A stretch of DNA of 27,981 nucleotides from Candidatus Zixiibacteriota bacterium (GTDB lineage Bacteria; Zixibacteria; MSB-5A5; GN15; FEB-12), in NCBI GenBank assembly GCA_041742355.1, contig JBGSIV010000233.1, positions 1-27,981 of the forward strand, in the 5' to 3' direction. A model generated the notes under the pieces. The model was not told the DNA's origin and ran no database searches. It saw only the letters and a list, made by a program, of their open reading frames with translations. Below are positions 17,686 through 26,198 of this stretch, piece by piece. Every line of letters starts with the position of its first letter. Position 1 is the first letter of the stretch. A program made the position numbers and the translations under genes.

Positions 17686-19467
17686 CTACTTCTGGGCGCC
17701 CGCTTTGAGTTCCTTGAGATGGTCGTTGGCGATCTTGAGCAGCTTCTCCATCTGGGCCTTTTCTTTCGGGTCGGTGACCTGGTCCATCTGGCCGGAGAAC
17801 ATGCCGATCATCTGCTCGAGCTTGGCGGCATCGGTCATGCCCTTGATCATCCCGACAAACTGGGTGAAACGCGGGTCCTCCGCCTCCTCGCCGGGAGCTG
17901 TCTTGGAGTTGATCAGGAGGACATTGCGCTGATCGTTGGCGAAGTAGGTGTTGGCGACGCGCCGGACATCCTCGGCGGTGACCAGATCGCACATTTTGGC
18001 TTCGTTGTTGGCCTCGGTCCAGTCTCCCTTGGCGGCGTGCGAGCCCAGGGCGAACAGGATACCCATGCCGAACATCATGTCCATCGAGCGGATGTTCTGC
18101 ACCTTCATCTGGTTCTTGACCTTCTGGAGCTCCTCGGGGGTGACCGGGTTGGCCTTGAGATCCTCGATGACCTCGTTGATGGCGGCCTCAAGTTGTTCGG
18201 CGGTCACGCCGGAGACACCGTCGGCGTTGACGCTGAAGGCGCCCGCGTACCGTCGGGAATCCTGGGTGGCGTTCACAGCCAGGTTTTCACCGCCGAACAT
18301 GCGCCGCCCGCCGCCGGCCGAGCTCTTGGCGAGGCCCTTTTCTTCGACGAGCTTCTTGAAGAGCCGTCCGGTCTTCCCGCCCATGACGCCGGAAAGGACC
18401 TGCAGCGGGTAGCTGTCTTTGTGTTTCCACGCGACCGTGTGGTACCAGACCTCGGCCCGCGGACTGCACTCGGCTTCGGCGACCATACGCTTCTCGCCGA
18501 ATTGCTTTTCTTCGAGCGTGATGACATCGGGCGGGGAAACTCTACCGCGCGGGATGCGGTCGAAATACTGGCGGACCATCTTGATCATCTCATCGGGATC
18601 GAGGTCGCCGACAAGGATCATGGTCAGGTTGTTCGGGGCGTAGTAGGTGTCGAAATAGGCGTCGGCCTGCTCTTTCGTGATGCTGCCGAGGTCGGAGGCC
18701 CAGCCGATCACCGACCAGCCGTAGGAGGATGATTTCCAGAACATCGCCTGGAAGTCCTCGTCGATCGATCCGGTCGGGGTCGACTCCATGCTGAGGCGGC
18801 GTTCTTCGCGGACAACGTCCCGCTCGGAGTAGAATTCGCGGAAAACCGGGTCGTTGAAGCGGTCGGACTCGAGCCACATGTAGAGCTCGATCTTGTTTTT
18901 CGGCAGGCGGACAAAGTAGGCGGTCATGTCCTCGGAGGTGAAGGCGTTGAGGAAGAACCCGCCGTTGCGGTTGTACAGGTCGTCGAGCTGGTCCTTGATA
19001 ATGAGCTTGCGCTCCTCGAGGACGAGGCTGTCGAAGACCTTGTCGAGTTCGCGGTAACGCGGGGTTTTGGCCACGGGATCGAGCATGTCGGTGATCTGCC
19101 CGCGGCGGAGGTTCTCGCGCATGATCCGCTCCTCGGCCCGCATGAGCGTGCGCAGGGAGTCGAGCTGGGCCATGATGGCCAGTTCTTTGTCGATGTCGGT
19201 GGTGCCGATCGTTCTGGTCCCCTTGAACATCATGTGTTCGAAGAGGTGCGAAATGCCGGTCATGCCGGGCATTTCGTTGACCGAGCCGACACGGGCCGCG
19301 ATGGCCGCCATGATGGTCGGCGACTCGTGGCGCTCGACCATGAGAACCTGCATGCCGTTATCGAGCCAGTATTCTTTGGCGTCGATATTCTGGGCAGTGG
19401 CGGTCGTGGCGCCGGTGAGGATGAGTGCGGCCAGCAGGGCGGCCGCGCAGAGACAGCGTTGCTTCAT
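17686..19467 (-). CDS. M16B zinc peptidase, catalytic subunit, secreted
   Basis: MKQRCLC signal peptide (ATG 19467, GGAG RBS); inverted zinc motif HLFEH, NAFTSED, ERDVVREERR. Confidence 0.92.
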   Translation of the reverse strand: MKQRCLCAAALLAALILTGATTATAQNIDAKEYWLDNGMQVLMVERHESPTIMAAIAARVGSVNEMPGMTGISHLFEHMMFKGTRTIGTTDIDKELAIMAQLDSLRTLMRAEERIMRENLRRGQITDMLDPVAKTPRYRELDKVFDSLVLEERKLIIKDQLDDLYNRNGGFFLNAFTSEDMTAYFVRLPKNKIELYMWLESDRFNDPVFREFYSERDVVREERRLSMESTPTGSIDEDFQAMFWKSSSYGWSVIGWASDLGSITKEQADAYFDTYYAPNNLTMILVGDLDPDEMIKMVRQYFDRIPRGRVSPPDVITLEEKQFGEKRMVAEAECSPRAEVWYHTVAWKHKDSYPLQVLSGVMGGKTGRLFKKLVEEKGLAKSSAGGGRRMFGGENLAVNATQDSRRYAGAFSVNADGVSGVTAEQLEAAINEVIEDLKANPVTPEELQKVKNQMKVQNIRSMDMMFGMGILFALGSHAAKGDWTEANNEAKMCDLVTAEDVRRVANTYFANDQRNVLLINSKTAPGEEAEDPRFTQFVGMIKGMTDAAKLEQMIGMFSGQMDQVTDPKEKAQMEKLLKIANDHLKELKAGAQK

Positions 19468-19688
19468 AGGTGCTCCCAACTGATCGGATGGGTAGGTTTA
19501 TGGAGTGATTGTATATCGGTCAGACACATGGTGCGTTCCGGAGCTGTGGTTCAATTGCTCCACAATGTATGGCGGGCGGGGGTCCGTGGCAACGGGTTTC
19601 CGGGGGAAGGAAATGCCGGTCAGGCGACCGGGTGCAGCTGTTCGTTTTGCGGGGAAATCGGTCAGAAGGAGTCAGGGGCCGGACGGGC

Positions 19689-19724
19689 AAAATAAAAACC
19701 CGGCAACATCATCCGAAGCCGGGT
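19689..19724 (-). terminator. Orphan intrinsic terminator (end of a candidate sRNA)
   Basis: Minus strand ACCCGGC-N13-GCCGGGT followed by TTTTATTTT, with no minus-strand CDS directly upstream. Confidence 0.65.
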
Positions 19725-19944
19725 CTTTATGTACTAAGTTGGGAAATCAGATCCTAAGTACACTCTCATGACTCTCACTGCTTAATACTCCCATGCCCGG
19801 CAGGAAGTTTCAGCCCCGGGGCAGGATTTTTGACGAAATCCGGCAGTTTTTGTTCGTTCTTGCCAAAAAGCGGATCGGGACGTTAATTGCTTTCCTGTGT
19901 AACGCTTAGATCGCCGCACCCCAGGTGAATTCGGAGAGTACGCG

Positions 19945-21351
19945 ATGGATTACAAAGTCCGCACAAAAATACGGCAGATTGTCATTGATGAGAAGGTCCC
20001 GGTGGGCGCCGAGGTGACCGTCCTCGGGCTGGTCCGCACCATGCGCCGCAGCAAAGGGGTGGCGTTTGTCGAGGTGAACGACGGCTCCTGCCGCCAGAAT
20101 ATCCAGGGAGTGGTCGGCGCTCCTGACCGGGTGACGGATATCGACAAGATCCTGACCGGGGCCTCCGTGCGCGTCCGGGGGAAGCTCATCGAGTCGCCGG
20201 CCAAAGGGCAGAAATTCGAAATCCAGGTCGATACGCTGGAACTGATCGGCGAGGCGGATGCTACCTACCCCTTGCAGAAAAAGGGGCACTCGATGGAGTT
20301 CCTCCGCGAGATCGCCCACCTTCGCCCGCGCACCAACACGTTCGGGGCGGTCTACCGGGTCCGCTCGCGGCTGGCGTATGCGGTTCACAAGTACTACCAG
20401 GATCGCGGCTTCAACTATATCCACACGCCCATTATCACCGCCTCCGACTGCGAAGGCGCGGGTGAGATGTTCCGCGTGACCACCCTGCCGATGGGGCAGC
20501 CGCCCCGGGCCGAGGACGGCAAGATCGACTGGAACGAGGACTTCTTCGCCGCCGAGGCCTACCTCACCGTGTCGGGGCAGCTCGAGGGTGAGCTCCTAGC
20601 GACAGCGCTGGGGGATATCTACACCTTCGGGCCGACCTTCCGGGCGGAGAACTCCAACACGGCGCGGCACGCTTCGGAATTCTGGATGATCGAGCCGGAG
20701 ATGGCCTGGGCGGAACTTGAGGACGACATGGATCTGGCCGAGGACTTCCTCAAGTACCTGTTCCGCTTCGCGCTGGAGGACTGCGCCGACGACATGAAGT
20801 TCTTCAACGAGTGGATCGATCCGGACCACAAGCTGATCGACACGCTCGAAGGGGTAATCCAGTCGGAATTCGTGCGTCTTCCCTATGGCGAGGCGATCGA
20901 GCAGCTCAAGAAGTCGGGGCAGAAGTTCGATTTCCCGCCGGAGTGGGGCGTCGATCTCCAGACCGAACACGAGCGCTGTTTGAGTGAAAAGATTTTCAAG
21001 AAGCCGGTGATCGTGTACGACTACCCGCTGGCGATCAAGGCGTTCTACATGAAGGTCAACCCGGACTGGAAGACGGTGCGGGCGATGGATGTCCTGGTGC
21101 CCCGGGTCGGCGAGATTATCGGCGGCTCCCAGCGCGAGGAGCGGCTCGATGTGCTCAAGAAGCACATGGATATGAAGGGGATCACCAACTGGGATGCTTA
21201 TAGCTGGTATTTCGATATCCGCAAGTACGGGTCGATGCCGCATGCCGGGTTCGGGTTGGGGTTCGAGCGGCTGATCATGTACATCACGGGGATGCAGAAC
21301 ATTCGGGACGTGCTGCCGTTCCCGCGGGTGCCGCGCTGGGCGAAGTTCTAG
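19945..21351 (+). CDS. asnS: Asparagine--tRNA ligase
   Basis: OB-fold N-terminus (NDGSC), HLRPRTN, SDCEGAGEMF, LTVSGQL, motif 2 FRAENSNTARH, EIIGGSQRE, motif 3 GFGLGFER. Confidence 0.97.
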   Translation: MDYKVRTKIRQIVIDEKVPVGAEVTVLGLVRTMRRSKGVAFVEVNDGSCRQNIQGVVGAPDRVTDIDKILTGASVRVRGKLIESPAKGQKFEIQVDTLELIGEADATYPLQKKGHSMEFLREIAHLRPRTNTFGAVYRVRSRLAYAVHKYYQDRGFNYIHTPIITASDCEGAGEMFRVTTLPMGQPPRAEDGKIDWNEDFFAAEAYLTVSGQLEGELLATALGDIYTFGPTFRAENSNTARHASEFWMIEPEMAWAELEDDMDLAEDFLKYLFRFALEDCADDMKFFNEWIDPDHKLIDTLEGVIQSEFVRLPYGEAIEQLKKSGQKFDFPPEWGVDLQTEHERCLSEKIFKKPVIVYDYPLAIKAFYMKVNPDWKTVRAMDVLVPRVGEIIGGSQREERLDVLKKHMDMKGITNWDAYSWYFDIRKYGSMPHAGFGLGFERLIMYITGMQNIRDVLPFPRVPRWAKF

Positions 21352-21527
21352 GCGTCACCTTGAGAGCCATAGCGTCACCCTGAGCGTAGTCGAAGGGTGA
21401 CGCAGCAGATGAGGACATCTGCCGCGCATGGACGCTGGAAGCAGCAGCGTCACCCTGAGCGCCATAGCGTCACCCTGAGCGGAGTCGAAGGGTGACGAAG
21501 CAGATGAGGACATCTGCCGCGCACGGA
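21352..21527. repeat. Tandem duplicated 81-bp composite REP unit (BIME-like), 95-bp period
   Basis: Units 21352-21432 and 21447-21527 differ at 5 positions. Each consists of a half-site GCGTCACC(C/T)TGAG, the palindrome CGTCACCCTGAGCG(T/G)AGTCGAAGGGTGACG, and GCAGATGAGGACATCTGC-CGCGCA(T/C). Confidence 0.88.
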
Positions 21528-21534
21528 TCTGATT

Positions 21535-21566
21535 GACGGTGTGCCGAACGGCACGCCGTTTTTTTT
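21535..21566 (+). terminator. Intrinsic terminator downstream of asnS
   Basis: GACGGTGTGCCG-aa-CGGCACGCCGTT followed by a T run. Confidence 0.8.
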
Positions 21567-21692
21567 GTGTCTGCGGGGAGGGCGCCGCATGCCCCGTTCC
21601 GCAGGGTCTTGCGTGACGCCGAGCGAAGCGAGGGGGAGCGTGTGACCCTGCGGGTGACGCGCCGTGCCGAGAGGCGCGCCGTTCTTTTTCTG

Positions 21693-22625
21693 TCAGTAAG
21701 CTGAGCGCCGGTCGGTTCTCCGCCGCAACTCGCTGGCGTACGACCGGCCTAATGTGTCGCGGTGCTCGGCCACCCAGTCGGTCAGTTTCACGCTTCCGGT
21801 CGCGGGAGCCTCGACATACAGGAGATTATCCATCAGGGCGCCGATCTCCTCGCGCGTCAGGATCAGGTCGCGCACGAACAGCCCCATAACCCGTGTGGCG
21901 GCGTAGCCAAACCACGGCGGGACCGAAACGATTTTTCGCTGCTTCCCGATAATACTTCCGAGCGTAGCCACCAGCTCCTTGAACGTGAAGGCCTCGGGGC
22001 CGACGCAGTTGATCACGACATTGCCGCGGTTGGCCCCCTCGCGCACGGCGATCGTCGCGAGATCATCGACATAGATCGGCTGGAGGCGGTAGGAGCCGTC
22101 GCCGAAGACCCCGAACACGGGGAACGTGCGCAACATCCAGGCGATGTTGTTAACCAGGATATCCTCCTTGCCGAAGAGCACGCCGGGGCGGAGGATTGCG
22201 TGGGGGACGCCGCTCTCGCGCAGGGCTTTTTCGACCGCCGCTTTGCCCCGGTAGTAGGCATAGGGGGAGTCGGCCGAGGGGTTCAGAATGCTGACATGGA
22301 CGATCCGCTCGACCCCGGCGTTGAAGGCGGCCTCGAAGAGAACCGCGCTGTTGCGGACGGCTTCGTCGAAGGTGAAGTCGCCGTGGTTGAAGCGGACCCA
22401 GTAGGTGTTGTAGAGGACGCGGACGCCTTTGAGGTTTTCGACCAGGCGGAGGGGGTCGTTGAAGTGGAAGCGGCGGGCGGCGACCTGTTTGCCGAAGGGG
22501 TTGTGGCGGTGCGGGGAGTTGGTGAGGGTGATGACGTGGTGGCCCTCCTCGAGGAGACGCGAGGCGATGTACGAGCCGGAGTAGCCGTAGGCGCCGGTGA
22601 CAGCGTGAGTTTCGGGGGTGGTCAT
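21693..22625 (-). CDS. NAD(P)-dependent epimerase/atypical SDR (NDUFA9/NmrA-like)
   Basis: VTGAYGYSG Rossmann motif, YYRGK, ILRPGVLFG, QPIYVDDLA. Confidence 0.88.
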   Translation of the reverse strand: MTTPETHAVTGAYGYSGSYIASRLLEEGHHVITLTNSPHRHNPFGKQVAARRFHFNDPLRLVENLKGVRVLYNTYWVRFNHGDFTFDEAVRNSAVLFEAAFNAGVERIVHVSILNPSADSPYAYYRGKAAVEKALRESGVPHAILRPGVLFGKEDILVNNIAWMLRTFPVFGVFGDGSYRLQPIYVDDLATIAVREGANRGNVVINCVGPEAFTFKELVATLGSIIGKQRKIVSVPPWFGYAATRVMGLFVRDLILTREEIGALMDNLLYVEAPATGSVKLTDWVAEHRDTLGRSYASELRRRTDRRSAY

Positions 22626-22808
22626 AGAGTTAGCTCAATCCGTCCTCACGAGGAGTTTTCAACGTGTACAAACCGGGTGATTTGGCTCAAACCGACCGTT
22701 TAGTACGTTAATCGGCGCCAAATTAGCTATTGTATTGCAACAGCTTACACGGCCATTGGTTCGGGAATTGGCTCAAATTGGCTTTTTAGGTCGGGCATTA
22801 AGCTTACG

Positions 22809-24431
22809 TCACTTACCGTCCACGGGATACCATTTGCCAGCTCTGGTTTTGCCCTCGCAGCGAATCATCCCTTCGGCCTGCAGATCAGAAATCAACCTCC
22901 TCAGTTGACCGCGGGTTAGTGACGGAAGTACCTGGGCTAATTCGCTTAGCCGGGTACCCTTCTTCTTGTAGTCTCGAATATGCTTGAGGAGAAGTGCCTT
23001 GTTGGTATCCCGATCCAACCCCCGCCTCCTTGTATATGTACCGCTCTTGCCGACGTAGTCATAAAATCTGCGAGAGAGGCTATATTTGGCTCCCCTTCCT
23101 TTTCCGAATCGCTCCACGACGCCAAGATCTATCAGCCGCGGGATTCTGTCTTTGATCTCAGGGGGAATCTTCTCTTCCCTGTTAATGAAATCGAGAGCCA
23201 GGAACTCGTAAGTGCCGAAAGCAGATAAGGTCTCCTGCCCGACTTGGTCAAGAAACTTGATGAATCCTGGGTCTTCAACTACGCCGTGGAGCACGACCGA
23301 CACGCGATAGTTATCGCTGCCCGTGAAGTCAGGGACGGACTTACTCTCCCGAACACTCTCGCGAAACATAAGGTCGACACCCTGACCCGACCGCTCAACA
23401 AAGCCGCACTTGGACAAGCTCTCCGCAATTCGCCTATTTCTGGGATTGTGACTCCACAAGATGTTTTGGACGGTTACCCCGCACGGCATTCCCCCAGGAC
23501 TTACTATTTCGATTCTGCGAGGGTGCTGCCTCACGAATGTCGAGCCCTGAAGGCGATAGTCCCTATGTGCCACTGCGTTGAGTACGGCCTCTCGAACTGC
23601 GACTTCATTGAAAGTTTTTATATCGCGAACGAACAACCCCTCGTGAAAGTGTTGAGTGTCGTTTCGCAGGTCAATGGCCGCCCAGAGACGCTCATAGTAC
23701 GATAAGAAAGCCTCGCGAAATTCAATTCTCTGGTGGGCCGAACCCGGAGCGTCGTTGGATCTATATTCGAAAACCAACTCAGCAGATGACAGATATTTGG
23801 TGATAGCGGCGCGTTGACCGAGAAGAATCAATGCTGCGTAGGTAATCTGCCCATTCACTACAAGCTCAGCATCACTAAGAAGTTGCTCGACGGAAAGGTC
23901 CCGCAGACCTTGATTAGAGCTCTTTGCAATCCAGAGGTCACGAAATCGATCGACAGCTGTATTGTCGAGATCGGCTACGGATGCGCGGGAACAAATACTC
24001 TCACTAAAATCCGGCCCCGATTCCTCGAATACGCCCCGAAGCATATCCTGCGTCATTGGTTTAAGGCTACCGCCTGCTCGCATGAGGTATTGACCCTTGT
24101 ATTCAATGGGATACCCCTTCGGGCGGGAGGGAACCCTGAACACTAAGACACATCCACAGGGATGAAGCAGCCGGTGCCCAGAAACCTTGATATGCAGTCT
24201 CTCTGTCAGCGTAGATACTGCTGATTCAATGTCAGGAAATGCCTTTGAACCAACGATTCGCCTCGGAATCTTGTCTGTGACTCCAAGGACCACCATCCCC
24301 CCGCCTTCATTCGCGATGGCAACGCAGTACTTGCAAAGCTTCTCGAAGTCGAAGTCATTCTTGGCTTCCTTGAATTCCAGATGCTCGTTTTCAGGAGAAT
24401 TGATAAGCGCTTCGAGTTCCTCAGTATTCAT
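22809..24431 (-). CDS. AlbA_2 (Schlafen-like) domain + RecG-C/HATPase_c_4 domain + C-terminal winged HTH protein
   Basis: Start MNTEELEAL (ATG 24431, GGAGG RBS; the 654-aa track ORF is over-extended). ENEHLEFKEA and AIANEGGGMVVLGV (AlbA_2); REAVLNAVAHRDY, SPGG, NPRNRRIA and ERSGQG (HATPase_c_4); C-terminal wHTH ending GKTRAGKW. Visibly more AT-rich than its neighbours. Confidence 0.9.
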   Translation of the reverse strand: MNTEELEALINSPENEHLEFKEAKNDFDFEKLCKYCVAIANEGGGMVVLGVTDKIPRRIVGSKAFPDIESAVSTLTERLHIKVSGHRLLHPCGCVLVFRVPSRPKGYPIEYKGQYLMRAGGSLKPMTQDMLRGVFEESGPDFSESICSRASVADLDNTAVDRFRDLWIAKSSNQGLRDLSVEQLLSDAELVVNGQITYAALILLGQRAAITKYLSSAELVFEYRSNDAPGSAHQRIEFREAFLSYYERLWAAIDLRNDTQHFHEGLFVRDIKTFNEVAVREAVLNAVAHRDYRLQGSTFVRQHPRRIEIVSPGGMPCGVTVQNILWSHNPRNRRIAESLSKCGFVERSGQGVDLMFRESVRESKSVPDFTGSDNYRVSVVLHGVVEDPGFIKFLDQVGQETLSAFGTYEFLALDFINREEKIPPEIKDRIPRLIDLGVVERFGKGRGAKYSLSRRFYDYVGKSGTYTRRRGLDRDTNKALLLKHIRDYKKKGTRLSELAQVLPSLTRGQLRRLISDLQAEGMIRCEGKTRAGKWYPVDGK

Positions 24432-24448
24432 GATTTCCTCCCAACACC

Positions 24449-25321
24449 CTACTCGGGTCGGTGCTTCCCCCGCATCCTCCCCAACTTCTCCACAAACTCC
24501 CTCGCCTCCCTTTTCGACAACCCCTGAGCCACTAGTTCCTCCTCGGTCGGTGCGAAATCGGTCAGGCGGGAACGCAGGATCGCTATCTCCGGCCCGGAAA
24601 AATGCAGGGCGTTGAACTGGTAATCCATAAACGCCTCGTACGCGATCGGCACCACCGCTTTGACCATATCGGCCATCACCAGCGCGTACGCGCGGATCTC
24701 CTGCTGGGCATGAGGATCGAGCCGCAGGCCGAGGAAGTGGAAGAGGTTGTGCAGATCGATCTTCCAGTACCACTCGGTGTACATCGAGAGCGGCAGGCCG
24801 ATCCGGGCGATCTCTCGCGCGAGGCCGGCATCGACCAGCGCCATGTACTCGGCGAAAGAGTCGGCTTGAGTCTTCTGGAGAAATTCGACAAACCGCTGCT
24901 TGAGCTCCTCGGGGACCTCATCCTCGGCGCGCCCCTGTTTGTTGACCGTCGACTGGAAGCGGATCTCCTCTTTCGGCGGGATGTAGAACTCCTCTTTCAT
25001 CACCGAGTAGCGTCCGGAGTACTCGTTGACATTGGCGGTGCGGTGGCGGATCCACTGCCGCGCGACAAAAATCGGGAGTTTCACGTGGAACTTGAATTCG
25101 ACCATCTCGAACGGCGTCGTGTGGCGATGGCGCATGAGGTAGCGGATGAGGCCGCGGTCCTCGGAGACCTTCTTGGTGCCGGCGCCGTAGGAGACACGGG
25201 CGGCCTGGACAATGGCGTCGTCGGAACCCATGTAGTCGATGAGGCGGACGAAGCCGTGGTCGAGGACCTTGAATTCCCTGTCGAGCAACTGGTCGGCGGT
25301 CGTGTTTTCGGTGTGGGCCAT
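24449..25321 (-). CDS. thyX: FAD-dependent thymidylate synthase
   Basis: ATG 25321 with GGAG RBS; AARVSY, HTTPFE and the ThyX motif RQWIRHRTANVNEYSGRY. Confidence 0.96.
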   Translation of the reverse strand: MAHTENTTADQLLDREFKVLDHGFVRLIDYMGSDDAIVQAARVSYGAGTKKVSEDRGLIRYLMRHRHTTPFEMVEFKFHVKLPIFVARQWIRHRTANVNEYSGRYSVMKEEFYIPPKEEIRFQSTVNKQGRAEDEVPEELKQRFVEFLQKTQADSFAEYMALVDAGLAREIARIGLPLSMYTEWYWKIDLHNLFHFLGLRLDPHAQQEIRAYALVMADMVKAVVPIAYEAFMDYQFNALHFSGPEIAILRSRLTDFAPTEEELVAQGLSKREAREFVEKLGRMRGKHRPE

Positions 25322-25394
25322 GGTTTTCTCCGGAGTTTGGGAAAGAATATAGGGGAGCGATAGGGACGGGGCAAGGAGTTTGGGGGGAAGATCT

Positions 25395-25585
25395 GTGTAC
25401 GGCAGATGTCCACATCTGCCGTACACGGTGAGGAGTCACAATATGTGATTGACCCGCGGTTGGCTGGCGCGTGTTATTGGATGTATCATTTGCTGAACCG
25501 TCTATTTGTGGCCGGCAGATGTCCACATCCGCCGCGCACGGGAATACAAGCAGTATGTGACCGGCAGATGTCCACATCTGCCGGT
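25395..25585 (+). repeat. Three REP palindromes upstream of RAYT
   Basis: GTGT-ACGGCAGATGTCCACATCTGCCGTACAC (25395-426, perfect 15-bp stem), GTGG-CCGGCAGATGTCCACATCCGCCG (from 25508), GTGA-CCGGCAGATGTCCACATCTGCCGGT (from 25557). Confidence 0.9.
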
Positions 25586-25598
25586 AGAGGAGGTCCCA

Positions 25599-26129
25599 GT
25601 GGCTGTACGACGACGCCTGCACTTGACCGGTCCCGGCACAGCCTTCCTCACAACGGTCATACAGAATTGGGAGCCTGTCCTTTCGGTAGCGCCATTCGGT
25701 CGAGCTGTGCTTGACCAATTCGGCGAGACAGCCCAATTCTATCGCGTTGCCATTGTCGGCTACGTTCTGATGCCATCGCACCTGCATGCAGTCGTCGGCC
25801 TGGAGGACCAGGGAATGACATAGCCATTCATGCAATCGTTCAAGATTCTCAGCTCGAAACGACTCCGCCGGCTCATGCCAGTGGAGTGCTGCCGGAAGTT
25901 CGAAGAGAGCGGCGAATTTCGTTTGTGGAAGCCACGGTTCGATGAACTCACTCTCACATCTGAAGACCAGTTCCGCGTGAAACTCAATTATGTCCACGAG
26001 AACCCGGTCCGGGCGGGTCTGGTCAGTCGGCCCGAGGAGTGGAGCCTTTCGAGCGCTTCGGAATGGTCTACAGGTGTACCTGGGATCTTGCCTGTCAGTC
26101 GTGACTTCTCTTGGATGAAGAGGGATTAA
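25599..26129 (+). pseudogene. rayT: REP-associated tyrosine transposase (RAYT/TnpA-REP, Y1 HUH) with an in-frame amber stop at 25821-25823
   Basis: GAGGAGG RBS + GTG 25599; FLTT, YVLMPSHLH (HUH), FMQSFK, LWKPRF, catalytic-Tyr motif NYVHENPVRAGLV...EW.LSS. Both track ORFs are in the same frame, separated only by the TAG. Confidence 0.9.
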
Positions 26130-26130
26130 C

Positions 26131-26158
26131 GCGGCAGATGTGGACATCTGCCGTACAC
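26131..26158 (-). repeat. REP palindrome downstream of RAYT, inverted relative to the upstream copies
   Basis: Minus strand GTGT-ACGGCAGATGTCCACATCTGCCGC. Confidence 0.9.
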
Positions 26159-26198
26159 GGCTCCAGCGGGCTCCTGTCCCACTGAACCCAAAATGTGA

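Noticed and set aside
24432..24773. N-terminal extensions in the ORF track (654-aa AlbA, 325-aa ThyX, 607-aa M16, 278-aa lipoprotein)
   Set aside because: They overlap neighbouring genes or REPs, or have no domain content; downstream starts have clear RBSs and match the domain boundaries.
25395..25585. CRISPR-array reading of the repeated palindromes (also 21352-21527)
   Set aside because: Spacing is irregular, flanks are variable, no cas genes are present, and the adjacent RAYT explains them as REPs.
25821..25823. Genome-wide TAG recoding or pyrrolysine
   Set aside because: lon, engB, FKBP, asnS, thyX and both M16 genes end in TAG at expected lengths, and no pyl genes are in view.
24918..26147. 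409-aa minus-strand ORF with repeated RQMWTSA
   Set aside because: The peptide repeats are translated REP palindromes; the ORF is antisense to RAYT and out of frame with thyX.
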